DNA from: a virus
Lineage: Duplodnaviria; Heunggongvirae; Uroviricota; Caudoviricetes
IMG/VR virus record: IMGVR_UViG_2675903468_000011
Span: 1 to 42,103 of that record
DNA: 42,103 nt
Strand: one strand, 5' to 3'
Shown: piece by piece, positions 1 through 9,338 of the stretch
Layout of the letters: every line of letters starts with the position of its first letter
Position numbering within the stretch: position 1 is the stretch's first letter
The notes under the pieces: generated by a model
Databases searched by the model: none
Told to the model about the DNA's origin: nothing
What the model saw: the letters and a program-made list of their open reading frames with translations, nothing else
Made by a program: the position numbers and the translations under genes

Positions 1-507
1 ATGCAAAAATCTATTGGGCAACCAAGTGATAACGAAGAAACTGAGTTCGAGGAAGTTGAGGAAGAGCTAAGTAACGAGATTATCCAAAACCCAGATGCAT
101 TTACTCGCGTGCTTGACCGACCAGAAATTCAGGAAATTGTTGTTGCTCATCACGCATTCCAAGGACCACTTCCACCACCTTATCTTCTTCGTGGGTATCA
201 GGATATTTTACCTGATGCCCCTGAACGGATTTTCCAGTTGACGGAAAAAGAGTTTGCTCACCGCCAAAAAATGGAAGAAAAGGCCCTTGATGGAGCGATA
301 AACCGGGATAAACGAGGACAATTTTATGGTCTTGCTGCGACTCTTTTTACAGTAACATGTGCAACCATATTGGGGCTAACTGGTCACGAAATTTTGGCAG
401 GAACAGTGATCGGTACTGTTGTCGCAGTTACGGGTATTTTTGTTCTTCGAAAAAAACCAAGCACTAAAAACAAATCTAAAAACGACAATAACCACGATGA
501 AGAATAG
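1..507 (+). CDS. Membrane protein, DUF2335-like (acidic N-terminus, two C-terminal TM helices)
   Basis: ORF of 168 aa; hydrophobic stretches LAATLFTVTCATILGL and GTVIGTVVAVTGIFVL; followed by a hairpin plus T-run terminator. Family assignment from memory only. Confidence 0.45.
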   Translation: MQKSIGQPSDNEETEFEEVEEELSNEIIQNPDAFTRVLDRPEIQEIVVAHHAFQGPLPPPYLLRGYQDILPDAPERIFQLTEKEFAHRQKMEEKALDGAINRDKRGQFYGLAATLFTVTCATILGLTGHEILAGTVIGTVVAVTGIFVLRKKPSTKNKSKNDNNHDEE

Positions 508-528
508 CCCGCGCTGCGGGCTTTTTTA
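508..528 (+). terminator. Rho-independent terminator
   Basis: GCCCGCGCTGCGGGC hairpin followed by TTTTTT immediately after the stop of the 1..507 ORF. Confidence 0.6.
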
Positions 529-600
529 TGGACGAAACAAAAGTCAGTGCTACACTCATTGATGCCACATTGAGGTGGCTTATAGATGGAAATCTCACAA

Positions 601-761
601 TGAAAAAAGCATTTGCTGCACTGTTCGTTTTGTTGTCTCTGGTGGCTTCAACTCAGGCCTCTGCTGGTCGTTGTCAGCACGATAGCGATACTGCCGCTGA
701 CGGCTCCCGCTGCGGTGGGCGCTCTGCGGATTCCCGCCCGGGAGGCGGTGGCATTCGTTAA
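601..761 (+). CDS. Small secreted protein (53 aa) with Sec-type signal peptide
   Basis: Internal start MKKAFAALFVLLSLVASTQASA: n-region KK, hydrophobic core, AXA cleavage motif; Gly/Cys-containing mature part. Confidence 0.4.
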
Positions 762-850
762 AAACAAGGCCGCAAAAATGGCCTGTGACATGCCACATTA
801 ACTTTTTTCAGCCAGCCGTGGCACGTTCTTGCATACGACGTGCTACGGTT

Positions 851-1006
851 TCATTCATCTTCGACCGGAAACTTCTTATACAAAGTCGATACGCCAACAT
901 CATAGATGATCGCCACTTTCTGGCGAGAAACTCCTGATGCAATTTGTCGTCCAGCCTGCGCCCATTGCTCCGGCGTGAGAGTAAGACAGTAAACTGTAGA
1001 AAAATC
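851..1006 (-). pseudogene. Remnant of a Pin/Gin/Hin-family serine DNA invertase (C-terminal HTH only)
   Basis: Minus-strand frame translates to ...LTLTPEQWAQAGRQIASGVSRQKVAIIYDVGVSTLYKKFPVEDE*, the characteristic C-terminal DNA-binding helix-turn-helix of tail-fibre invertases. No catalytic N-terminal domain; an in-frame stop lies immediately upstream. The ORF-track entry 808..1071 is a different frame. Confidence 0.6.
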
Positions 1007-1063
1007 TCATTAAACTTAATATAATAATAAGTTACAGAATTATCTTTACTAAATAATAGATAT

Positions 1064-1609
1064 ATGAACATTAGTGAACTTAAAAACTGTATACACTATG
1101 AAGTAATAGGTTATAAACGCCATTTTTCCTGGCGAAAAGCGATTGTTCGCGCAATAAAACACAGAAGATTACGTTATTTATTTTGGTGGCGCATAGCCAA
1201 ATACCTTTTTGATAAAGGCGGATACTGTCGGAAGATTGCGGGAAAAATAGAGCGTTTCATTCTTGATAAATATAATGTAACCGTTCCCTTAACTGTAAAT
1301 ATTGGTAAAGGGTTCGACATATCTTATCTCAATGGCGTTGTTATCGGTCACAAAGTTACAATAGGTGAAAATTGTTCAATTAAGCCTGGAGTAACTATTG
1401 GACTTCGCGGTGAATTTAATGATATGGATATTGTCATAGGAAATAATGTAACCATTGGCTGTAACGCCACCATCCTTGGTGGCAAAGTGCATATAGGGAA
1501 TAATGTAAAAATAGGAGCTCATGCATTGGTACTGCATGACATTCCTGATGACTCCACATTCATTACTAAATTTCACTCTGAAATTATTTATAACTCATCT
1601 CACACATAA
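1064..1609 (+). CDS. Hexapeptide-repeat (left-handed beta-helix) acetyltransferase, serine/sugar O-acetyltransferase-like
   Basis: Repeated [LIV]-G-x-x-x-x hexapeptides (VVIGHKVTIGENCSIKPGVTIG...VIGNNVTIGCNATILGGKVHIGNNVKIGAHALV); very AT-rich gene and upstream region, unlike surrounding phage DNA. Confidence 0.7.
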   Translation: MNISELKNCIHYEVIGYKRHFSWRKAIVRAIKHRRLRYLFWWRIAKYLFDKGGYCRKIAGKIERFILDKYNVTVPLTVNIGKGFDISYLNGVVIGHKVTIGENCSIKPGVTIGLRGEFNDMDIVIGNNVTIGCNATILGGKVHIGNNVKIGAHALVLHDIPDDSTFITKFHSEIIYNSSHT

Positions 1610-1619
1610 TTCCGTTTAA

Positions 1620-2192
1620 TCACAGCTCTGGCCATACGATATCCGGGGCTGTATTTATATCAATCCGACTCACTAATACCCGGTATTTTTTCCAGGAAGA
1701 TAGCATCGATACTTCCTCATCAGTTGCCATTTCAAAATTAACAGCATCCTGCAGAATTGTTATGTTATCAGTGGCTTCCTGGATTAATCTTGCCTTTTTC
1801 TCTTCCGCCTCCCGGATCCGGAACAGTTTTTCTCCTTCTGCATCTTTCACCCAGGCTGTGCCGTTCCACTTCTGAAACTCCCCATCCGGCGACAACCAGG
1901 TGACGTTTTCCGGTAATGGGCCAAGTTCAGAAATAAATAACGCGTCGCCGGAAGCCACGTCATAAACCGTTTTACCCCGATGATCTTCAACGAGATGCCA
2001 CGATGACTCATCACTGTTGAAAACAGCCACGAAGCCAGCCGGAATATCTGGCGGTGCAATATCGGTACTGTTTGCAGGCAGCCCTGTATGGGGTGGAATA
2101 TATGCATCACCTTCACCAATAAATTCATTAGTTCCGGACAGCAGATTATAAATTTTTATGGTCCGTGATTGTTCACTCATTCTGAATGCCAT
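1620..2192 (-). CDS. tfa: Tail fibre assembly protein (Tfa family)
   Basis: 190 aa; N-terminus [48 protein letters not shown] is the conserved Tfa chaperone signature of e14/Mu/lambda-type tail fibre assembly proteins; lies directly downstream of the tail fibre gene. Confidence 0.85.
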   Translation of the reverse strand: MAFRMSEQSRTIKIYNLLSGTNEFIGEGDAYIPPHTGLPANSTDIAPPDIPAGFVAVFNSDESSWHLVEDHRGKTVYDVASGDALFISELGPLPENVTWLSPDGEFQKWNGTAWVKDAEGEKLFRIREAEEKKARLIQEATDNITILQDAVNFEMATDEEVSMLSSWKKYRVLVSRIDINTAPDIVWPEL

Positions 2193-3307
2193 TATGCAAG
2201 CCTCACAATATAGTTAAATGCGATGTTTTTGACGGTGTTTTCCGCGTTACCAGCAGCGTTAACGGTGATGGTGTGTCCATGTGAACCAATCGCAACAGAG
2301 TGCGTATGTGCACCAATAGCGACAGTATGTGTATGCGCCCCAGCACTTGCTGCAGTACCTGATACTGAGTGGGTATGCGCGCCAGCAGAATTCGTTGCAC
2401 CTAAGTGAGTTTGAGCAGAGTTCGACGAAGCTACTCTACCGGAGCTAACGTTAGCATTATCCCCCTGAGATATCGGATGCGTATGTGCACCTGCTGAAGC
2501 TGCTGTTCCGCTAACGCTATGGGTATGCGCACCAGTGTTATTCGTAGATTTAGTTCCATAATCAAACGACGATGTGGTTTTCGTCCCCAAATCCGTACTG
2601 GATGCGCTGGCGCTGTGGGTATGCGATTTAATGCCATCCTGTTCCTGAGACAATACGGCACGACCACTGGCGGGTTTGCCCTTAATCGTCCAGCCACGCA
2701 TATCAGGGATCACGCCTGACGGATAAGCGACTGCAAGTTTCGGGTATGCAGATTTGTCAAAAGTCTGCCCCTGCATCAGGGCATAACCAGATGGAACTGA
2801 ATCTGATGGCCACGGGATCGGGGCACCTACAGGAAAGGTCGAATTATTTTCCAAACCAAGATATTTAAGGACATCAGCAACAGAGCTTTTTGCCAAAATA
2901 TCTCGCCCAACCTGTGTCAGGTCAGCCAAATTAGCGGTATCTTGATTGGTAAAATACGGTAATTTGTTTTCGGATGCTGAAAGATTAGCAAGTGCGGTAA
3001 GTATGGCATTAATTCTCTGATAGTTCTTATCTAATGCAGACGACATTTTTGCGATAAAGCCGGCCTGATCGCCATCGTCCTGTACATCCAGTCCACTTTC
3101 ATTTGCTGTATATTGTGCTATTGCAGATGCAATAAAGCTGGCCTGCCGAATAACCTTATTGACTTGCGCACTGGATGCTTTCCCTGCTGTAAATCCGGAT
3201 AAAAGCGCAGGCAACGCTTCCCATTCCTCCTGCGACATAACATTGGCATTTTTACCCGTTGCGAATGTTTTAAAGTCATTTTTTGCCATCAGAGTAATAC
3301 TCCCCAT
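2192..3307 (-). CDS. Tail fibre protein with His-rich (GAHTH) repeat tip
   Basis: 371 aa; position between baseplate genes and tfa; Ser/Thr/Gly/Ala-rich; tandem repeats [19 protein letters not shown] near the C-terminus. Confidence 0.75.
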   Translation of the reverse strand: MGSITLMAKNDFKTFATGKNANVMSQEEWEALPALLSGFTAGKASSAQVNKVIRQASFIASAIAQYTANESGLDVQDDGDQAGFIAKMSSALDKNYQRINAILTALANLSASENKLPYFTNQDTANLADLTQVGRDILAKSSVADVLKYLGLENNSTFPVGAPIPWPSDSVPSGYALMQGQTFDKSAYPKLAVAYPSGVIPDMRGWTIKGKPASGRAVLSQEQDGIKSHTHSASASSTDLGTKTTSSFDYGTKSTNNTGAHTHSVSGTAASAGAHTHPISQGDNANVSSGRVASSNSAQTHLGATNSAGAHTHSVSGTAASAGAHTHTVAIGAHTHSVAIGSHGHTITVNAAGNAENTVKNIAFNYIVRLA

Positions 3308-3969
3308 GCCCCTACATCAAAACCACTGATAAATTCGTTATCCATATCAAAACCAAAAAATTTTGAACCTTCCGATGGAGTTTCCACCGAAGGTGTTTCA
3401 ATGCCACCCGCCCATACCCCGGCGGCTTTAACTGTGAGATACCCCTGTTTAATTGCCGCAATTAACTCACGCGATACATCTGAAATATCAGTATCAGGAA
3501 AGACCCAGACCGATATCGTCATGTCCTGGTTATCGACTATCTGCATTCGCAGCCCGGATCCTGCTGTTGCAGCGTCAAGAATTGCCGGAAGCGAATCATT
3601 CCGTCCATCCCAGTTATTAATCGCAATCTTCGCTTTAAGAATGACACGATAAGTTTCATCGCTGAGGTACATGTATCCGGAATCAGGATCGTATGGTCCC
3701 TGCCATACCCCCTGATCATATCCAAGCCCGTCGGTATCCCAGCTGAAATAGACACCTGAAATAGGCTGGCTGACAACACGGCTACGTCCGATCCACAATC
3801 CCAGAATGTCAAGTTGCACACCAACCGCAGAGTCAATATCAAATGCAGTAATCAGCCCGCTGGTGGCAGCCGCAACATCAATAAGCGGCCGGGTCATCAG
3901 ATCAACATGTGCAAGAAATTTAGGTTTGGTGGCGTGGTAGTTCGTGATTAGTTCGGTGTATTTGCTCAT
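3289..3969 (-). CDS. Baseplate/tail protein, Mu gp48 / YmfQ-like
   Basis: 226 aa, in conserved position between baseplate J-like gene and tail fibre gene; start overlaps upstream gene stop. Confidence 0.5.
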   Translation of the reverse strand: MSKYTELITNYHATKPKFLAHVDLMTRPLIDVAAATSGLITAFDIDSAVGVQLDILGLWIGRSRVVSQPISGVYFSWDTDGLGYDQGVWQGPYDPDSGYMYLSDETYRVILKAKIAINNWDGRNDSLPAILDAATAGSGLRMQIVDNQDMTISVWVFPDTDISDVSRELIAAIKQGYLTVKAAGVWAGGIETPSVETPSEGSKFFGFDMDNEFISGFDVGAWGVLL

Positions 3970-5165
3970 GACTCCACCGTTATAACGATATTTTCCGGGG
4001 TACAGGACGCAGATTCGTTATATCTGATATCAATGTTTGATGGCGACAAAGCCCCCGGGGATTTCCCAATCGTCAGTTCCTGAATATCGTAATAGCGTGC
4101 ATTCCCGCCACTCACCACGCCAAGATTTGCCGGTGAGTAAATGCGACTCAAAAGGATCGAATCACCAATCGTCAGACTATTGATATAGTCGGAAATAGCC
4201 TGCTGGATCTGCTGCCCTATCTGTGAGGTATAACCCGTAAAAACTTTTAATTTGATCTGGGCATAAACAGGTACATCACTGGAACGCGAGAACTTGATTA
4301 CATGGGGATTGCCGTATTTATCCGGAACCGTAACGGATGTTGTACCGTGAGTGGCTGTCCCCTGACCTTTATTCCCTCTGATAGCCTGAGCAATATCCGT
4401 CACATCACCGCCATCCACAATCACAGCAACAGAGTGTGGCGGTAACCCGTTACCGTCCTCCGAACCAGTATCATTTTCATAGAGTTTGTGGCGTGTTACA
4501 CCGGCAACATTAGAAACAGCACCATCCAGTGCTTCAAATGGGGTTATTGATGGCAACGCAACACTTTGCGACTGGCGGATACGTAACTCCGCATCAGTTT
4601 CTGCCGGAGTGCCCACAGTGGCTGCAGCAGGATTGGTTACCGAAACCCAGCCACGGGTTGGCGTATTAATTTCAGTGATAGTTCCAGCCAGCGCCGCCAC
4701 TGCACCACTGACGGAACATGTTGCGGTCACCATCACTGTACCATCCACGCCTACCACCACTGAAGCAGGCAAACGCCATATCACATTATTACTGTCTTTC
4801 ACGCTGCCATTAATGATGGTTGTTCCGGCAGTTCCTGTAAGAAGCAAATCAACCGTAGAGTTCGTCGCGCCTTTACGTGAAATACCATTTATTTTCACGT
4901 TACTGGTCAGTGCAGCCCCATAGCCGGTTGCCGGTGAAAAACAGTTGTAGACAGTTATCGCCGTATTATTGGCATCATGAATCGCCAGCGCCATCAGAGC
5001 CACCATCTGGCCGTCTTTGCTGTCCGGTTCGAGGTAGGCATCACTACCATAAATCTGCTGAAAATAGCTAATCAGGGTGCTGAGTATCGTCTGATAATCA
5101 GGCGCACTGATCCCCTCCGCGGTTACCTTTGCAGATAAACCGAGAGAATCAAGGTTCAGAGCCAT
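3966..5165 (-). CDS. Baseplate J-like protein (Mu gp47-like)
   Basis: 399 aa; size and position typical of baseplate J family; translationally coupled to neighbours. Confidence 0.65.
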   Translation of the reverse strand: MALNLDSLGLSAKVTAEGISAPDYQTILSTLISYFQQIYGSDAYLEPDSKDGQMVALMALAIHDANNTAITVYNCFSPATGYGAALTSNVKINGISRKGATNSTVDLLLTGTAGTTIINGSVKDSNNVIWRLPASVVVGVDGTVMVTATCSVSGAVAALAGTITEINTPTRGWVSVTNPAAATVGTPAETDAELRIRQSQSVALPSITPFEALDGAVSNVAGVTRHKLYENDTGSEDGNGLPPHSVAVIVDGGDVTDIAQAIRGNKGQGTATHGTTSVTVPDKYGNPHVIKFSRSSDVPVYAQIKLKVFTGYTSQIGQQIQQAISDYINSLTIGDSILLSRIYSPANLGVVSGGNARYYDIQELTIGKSPGALSPSNIDIRYNESASCTPENIVITVES

Positions 5166-5518
5166 TACGCCTCCGATGTAACAGTCGTTATTCCATAAAG
5201 AGTGTCGATTTCAGCGGAAAACATGACACGTCGGGTCGTGGTATCCACCGTCGTATTGAAAGAGAGGATTGATTTAACGCCCTGCGTTTCCAGAATGCGC
5301 TTACGGATCGCCAGGTTGTAGGTTTCCGGCTTCTGCCTGCCCAGCACGGACTGGATCCATGGAGTCCCTTCGGTGGTGTCGAGAAACCATTGCCCATACC
5401 ACAATTCGAATCGCGTTTTTACCGCCTGCGCCACGGCCTCCGGTGAGTTAATCAGCCAGGTGTCATCACCGCTGCCAAAGGTGTAATCACCATCGGCGTC
5501 TTCACGTCTGTATCGCAT
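5165..5518 (-). CDS. Baseplate protein, GP46-like (gpW-like)
   Basis: 117 aa; start overlaps upstream stop; conserved position between spike and J genes. Confidence 0.55.
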   Translation of the reverse strand: MRYRREDADGDYTFGSGDDTWLINSPEAVAQAVKTRFELWYGQWFLDTTEGTPWIQSVLGRQKPETYNLAIRKRILETQGVKSILSFNTTVDTTTRRVMFSAEIDTLYGITTVTSEA

Positions 5519-6270
5519 CAGTTTACCCCATCGGTATTGCTTCCACCGCGCTGAACACCGCCATGAGTGTGCGTATCATCGATTGGCTTGCCGTTAGCCT
5601 TAACGCTCCCCAAGAACTCAACAGCACCAGTGATTTTTGAAGCCACACCAGAAACAACAGACCCCACCATGCCCCCCATCCAGGTTAACAGGCCATGAAT
5701 GGTTACTTTCTCAGAAAAGTCAGCCAGAGGGGCGACCACATCAAGCCCCCCGGGAGCGACAATTTTAATTTTCCGGGTATCAGGATTAAGCTCAAAATAG
5801 GTGCTGCCGTCATCACTACGCAACTGTGTGGCACTGGTATTAATACCGCTAATCTTCCTTGCCTGCGACTGGGGACCGACAATACAAAACGCATCCGATA
5901 AATCATGCATTCTGTCATCGACCGGCTCCTGTATCCCGCCGCTCTGCCACCAGAAATCAATACAACGATCGGCAAAAACGACAAGACACTCATTCCCGGC
6001 TTTAACCGGAAAAGTCAACGTACAGCCTCCGCCGCGCGGAAATACCACCGGCACATCCACCAGCAGGGGTAATGTCGTCGACTGGTTGATTCCATTTGAG
6101 TCCGGCTCATAGCCTTTAATCGCAGGTTGAACAACTACCGTTACCGTGTCCGGATCAAATGACTGGACAATTCCGGGCATAGAAACACGCAGCGCCGACA
6201 TGACAGAACCAGCAAGTCTTACATCGGCCTGTTCTTTGCTACCAAGTTGAGCGCTTAAAGAAACGGGCAT
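5518..6270 (-). CDS. Baseplate assembly/spike protein (gpV / Mu gp45-like)
   Basis: 250 aa; Gly-rich; C-terminal H-x-H (DDTHTHGG) as in phage spike tips. Confidence 0.55.
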   Translation of the reverse strand: MPVSLSAQLGSKEQADVRLAGSVMSALRVSMPGIVQSFDPDTVTVVVQPAIKGYEPDSNGINQSTTLPLLVDVPVVFPRGGGCTLTFPVKAGNECLVVFADRCIDFWWQSGGIQEPVDDRMHDLSDAFCIVGPQSQARKISGINTSATQLRSDDGSTYFELNPDTRKIKIVAPGGLDVVAPLADFSEKVTIHGLLTWMGGMVGSVVSGVASKITGAVEFLGSVKANGKPIDDTHTHGGVQRGGSNTDGVN

Positions 6271-6293
6271 TCATATGTCTCCAGAAAGTAAAA

Positions 6294-6313
6294 AACCCGC
6301 CGGGTAGCGGGTT
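6294..6313 (-). terminator. Hairpin plus U-run terminator on minus strand
   Basis: ACCCGC-CGGGTA-GCGGGT hairpin; on the minus strand it is followed by TTTTTT. It sits just upstream of the baseplate spike gene, inside the late operon. Confidence 0.5.
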
Positions 6314-6387
6314 ACTGATCAAATATCAGGGTGTTTAATGCATATTTTATGGATATATTGCAATGGTATTTTCGATAAGGAAAAACC

Positions 6388-6843
6388 ATGCTTAATCATG
6401 AAGATCCACGCACAGCTTTAATTGATTTTTTGAAAAGCATTCCGCAAAACCTAAGAATAGATGAATACCTCTTCATTATTCTCATGTGTTGCGGTGAAAA
6501 CCCGCCGGAGGATTTAGACGATTTCGAACCAATCGTTGAGAAATATCTAAGCCGAACAGGATACGCTGGTTTTGGCGCTGTTATTTGCACCATAGCCATA
6601 CTGGAGCGTAGGTTATCAAGTGTAATGTTAAAACTGGAACGAGCTGAGGAGTCGTTGAAAGCATTATCTAATGAGAACGCTGATTTCTCTCAATATCCGC
6701 TGCTAAGCATGCCTCTGAAAAAGCGGCAATATGCTCAGGTTGTTGAGCGCTGGAGAGCTCTCTTACGCGGTGCGCTATCTGCTGAAAACCTTGCTTATTT
6801 CGAACAAAATCCGCAAGCGTTATCACTGGTGACAAAAGAATAA
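6388..6843 (+). CDS. Hypothetical protein (moron, opposite strand to tail operon)
   Basis: 151 aa ORF with AAGGAAAAA ribosome-binding site; low-GC; bracketed by hairpins; no recognisable domain. Confidence 0.5.
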   Translation: MLNHEDPRTALIDFLKSIPQNLRIDEYLFIILMCCGENPPEDLDDFEPIVEKYLSRTGYAGFGAVICTIAILERRLSSVMLKLERAEESLKALSNENADFSQYPLLSMPLKKRQYAQVVERWRALLRGALSAENLAYFEQNPQALSLVTKE

Positions 6844-7010
6844 AATCCCGAACTTCTTCATCTGTCATTTGCATCTCTCATAAGTTTGAGTGTAAGAAAC
6901 AATCGTTCTGCTTAAGTGCCTGCCTTCAACCAGGCACTTCTTGCACGGGAAAGAGCCAATAACTTTCGGCGCATCCATGCTGTTCTGCAGAAGCTGGACG
7001 CCAATGTAAT

Positions 7011-7319
7011 TCACTTCACCTTCCGGCAATCATACGTCCAGAACTCCCGAGGCTCGTCCATATTTTTGCGGATAACTTCAACGTTGAGGATCGCTTTTTT
7101 GTTTCGTTTGATGTAGTCCATACCTAACCAACGTCCAGTATTAGGATCAGGTAACATCCATTGCATCATGACATTATCGAAATCGTCTTTTTGTTTCAAA
7201 AAGGTCATTTTTTGTGTTTCTGGCTTTTGACCATTGATGTGCATGAGGCCATCATTACCAGCATCAAAGCGGAATGGTCCGCACTGCGTTGCCGCCGAAA
7301 CTGTTAACGGCAGGGCCAA
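7011..7319 (-). CDS. Small secreted protein; 5' end ambiguous (possible frameshift in A/T homopolymer)
   Basis: Track ORF uses TTG start (MALPLTVSAATQC...). An upstream GTG (7345) followed by an A6 run would give a canonical signal peptide MKK(S/V)IFCLFLALPLTVSAATQC only if the A-run were one base longer. Confidence 0.45.
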   Translation of the reverse strand: MALPLTVSAATQCGPFRFDAGNDGLMHINGQKPETQKMTFLKQKDDFDNVMMQWMLPDPNTGRWLGMDYIKRNKKAILNVEVIRKNMDEPREFWTYDCRKVK

Positions 7320-7341
7320 GAATAAACAAAAAATACTTTTT

Positions 7342-8376
7342 TCACTCTACATCTCCGACTTTGTCCAAAGTGCCTTTTGCCAATAGTTCTTTGCCACCTT
7401 TAGCCAGGCAAAGCAGGTCCATATACCACGCCTGCCCTCGGGTGTCGCCAGTATAATCAATGCTGCCCACAATGTAATCACCGTCAGTATTAATGCTGGC
7501 AGGCTGTGACATGCCTGGCAGACCGTTAACGTAGAGATTACCGTCGCTTTCAGACTCATCCAGTCGTGCTGGCGATTTCGCTACCTGGTCATTACTCAAA
7601 GAGGCACGGTATACAGATGCCTGATCCAGACGAATAAGCCCACCGAGCTTAATATTTGGATTAATCAGACATCTGACATTTACGCCAGCTCCCATCGTCT
7701 GCTGTGGCATACCGATAAGCCCGGTGTTAGCATTCAACACCGTAGCAACACCAATATATTTATCTTCAGGAACAATATTTACCAGATTATTTTCATACCA
7801 CCAGTTAGCCTTACACTGCCCTGCGATATGATTCATCAACCTTGATGTGTTTTGATAAACAACGCGACCCCGGGGAAATACCGTTTCAGGCATGTCAGGA
7901 ACTGCGCCGGATTCGATGCCATATGGTTCGAATGATTTCATACCCAGACTGAAAAGATCTCTGTACTTCCAGCCAGCTGCCACTGTGGTTTTCACACTTG
8001 CGTTCAGGTGGCCTTCCCAGCTGTCAATACACTGCAACATGATCCAACTGTCTGTGGCATTATCTTTACCAGTGACAGTAAAACGGATATCTCCATTGAA
8101 TATCATACCAACGTTTTCATCAGGATAATTACCTGCTGCATCCGGTTGCCCCTTGTATCCGGCAATAACCTGTATACGCGAAAACTCCTTCTGCATAATC
8201 CGGTTCTGAGTGGTAGGGGACAGGTTATAAACCTTAAAATTCCCAACGAATCCATTGAATATGGTCGCAGGCATTTTCTGAATATTGAAAGTGACTTTAA
8301 GCTCAGAAATTTTTATCCCGTCGCCCTTATCATCAACAAGCAATAATTCAAAGTGACGCATCCAGTTTTTCGACAT
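7342..8376 (-). CDS. Baseplate hub / tail protein (Mu gp44-like)
   Basis: 344 aa; position between tape-measure-proximal genes and baseplate genes; assignment by synteny and size. Confidence 0.5.
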   Translation of the reverse strand: MSKNWMRHFELLLVDDKGDGIKISELKVTFNIQKMPATIFNGFVGNFKVYNLSPTTQNRIMQKEFSRIQVIAGYKGQPDAAGNYPDENVGMIFNGDIRFTVTGKDNATDSWIMLQCIDSWEGHLNASVKTTVAAGWKYRDLFSLGMKSFEPYGIESGAVPDMPETVFPRGRVVYQNTSRLMNHIAGQCKANWWYENNLVNIVPEDKYIGVATVLNANTGLIGMPQQTMGAGVNVRCLINPNIKLGGLIRLDQASVYRASLSNDQVAKSPARLDESESDGNLYVNGLPGMSQPASINTDGDYIVGSIDYTGDTRGQAWYMDLLCLAKGGKELLAKGTLDKVGDVE

Positions 8377-8378
8377 TG

Positions 8379-8681
8379 TTACTCCGTGAAAACATAGAGG
8401 TGTGAGAGCGTTCCAAGATCGAATTGCGTCGGATTCTCCTGCCCTGCCACGTCGCAGAGCACCACCAGAGAAAAACCCAGATCCATATATCGATACTGTG
8501 CCAGCAGGTCAGCCCCCGTAATCATCGGTATACCTGATATAATGGCGGAGCCATTGCTGTCAGCAAGATCCAGAACCCAGTACTCGCCTCGCCAGATGAC
8601 AGACAGGTGATAAACCGAACCGTTAATTGTGGTGGCAAAAGTCTGATTGTCAGCAACCAGTGGGATTTCTACGGCTTTCAT
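8379..8681 (-). CDS. Tail protein, hypothetical
   Basis: 100 aa ORF tightly packed in tail operon. Confidence 0.4.
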   Translation of the reverse strand: MKAVEIPLVADNQTFATTINGSVYHLSVIWRGEYWVLDLADSNGSAIISGIPMITGADLLAQYRYMDLGFSLVVLCDVAGQENPTQFDLGTLSHLYVFTE

Positions 8682-8684
8682 GAA

Positions 8685-9338
8685 TCACCTTCCCAGAAAT
8701 AAATTGCTCAAATACCCATCAACAGTGGAGATACCTTCTTGCGCCATCTGTGGCAGCGATTTCAGAATGGAATTATTCGGCGGCACCGTTGTTTTGGTGC
8801 CTGTATTCTGCACAGCAGACGTTCCGACTCCCTCGGTCATATTGTTTTTCGGGGCAACCCTGACTGACTGCGTGGAGGTAATAATTACTTCCCTGAGGGT
8901 AAGTGTCGCCAGAAGCACATTTTCACTACTCTTATCGGTCGTGACCTCCAGCGTTTTTATCAACATATTGTTGTAAATACGCTTGCCGGTTGTCACATCG
9001 AAAGGAATACGATTCCGCTGCAGGTTAAGCAGTTCCTGATACAGTTCTTTCGGGCTCAGCCCCAGTAAACTGGTAGCAGTCAGGTTACTGGCAAAATCAA
9101 GCAGCGATCCGCCTCCGGAAAAACCGGTTTCCATCACAACCTCAGAAGGGCGCCTGAATGCGTGTTCTGATATATAACCAGCGCCCTCACCACTGGCACC
9201 AGCATTCGTGGGCTGTTCAACCGGATGTTCCGTAATTTCCAGGGCGTCAGTGTGCTTTTCGGTAATAACCACATCAGGAATAATGATTCCTATTGAGCGG
9301 GTTCGCTGCTGCAGTAAAACAGATAAAAAGTCCATCAC
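8685..9338 (-). CDS. Tail protein, hypothetical
   Basis: 217 aa ORF immediately downstream of tape measure gene, overlapping its stop. Confidence 0.4.
   Translation of the reverse strand: MMDFLSVLLQQRTRSIGIIIPDVVITEKHTDALEITEHPVEQPTNAGASGEGAGYISEHAFRRPSEVVMETGFSGGGSLLDFASNLTATSLLGLSPKELYQELLNLQRNRIPFDVTTGKRIYNNMLIKTLEVTTDKSSENVLLATLTLREVIITSTQSVRVAPKNNMTEGVGTSAVQNTGTKTTVPPNNSILKSLPQMAQEGISTVDGYLSNLFLGR

Noticed and set aside
562-800. 10-bp direct repeat ATGCCACATT (about 562 and 791) as a possible att core
   Set aside because: Both copies are at the left end only and absent from the integrase-proximal junction; short enough to be chance.
808-1071. 87-aa minus-strand ORF from the six-frame track
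   Set aside because: It is the wrong frame over the invertase remnant; the biologically meaningful frame is the one encoding the Pin-like HTH, and the rest is AT-rich promoter DNA.
2203-5071. Multiple antisense or alternative-frame ORFs inside tail fibre and baseplate genes (e.g. 2223..2408, 3401..3652, 4486..4923)
   Set aside because: They overlap well-supported structural genes, show low-complexity translations typical of GC-rich antisense frames, and lack start signals.
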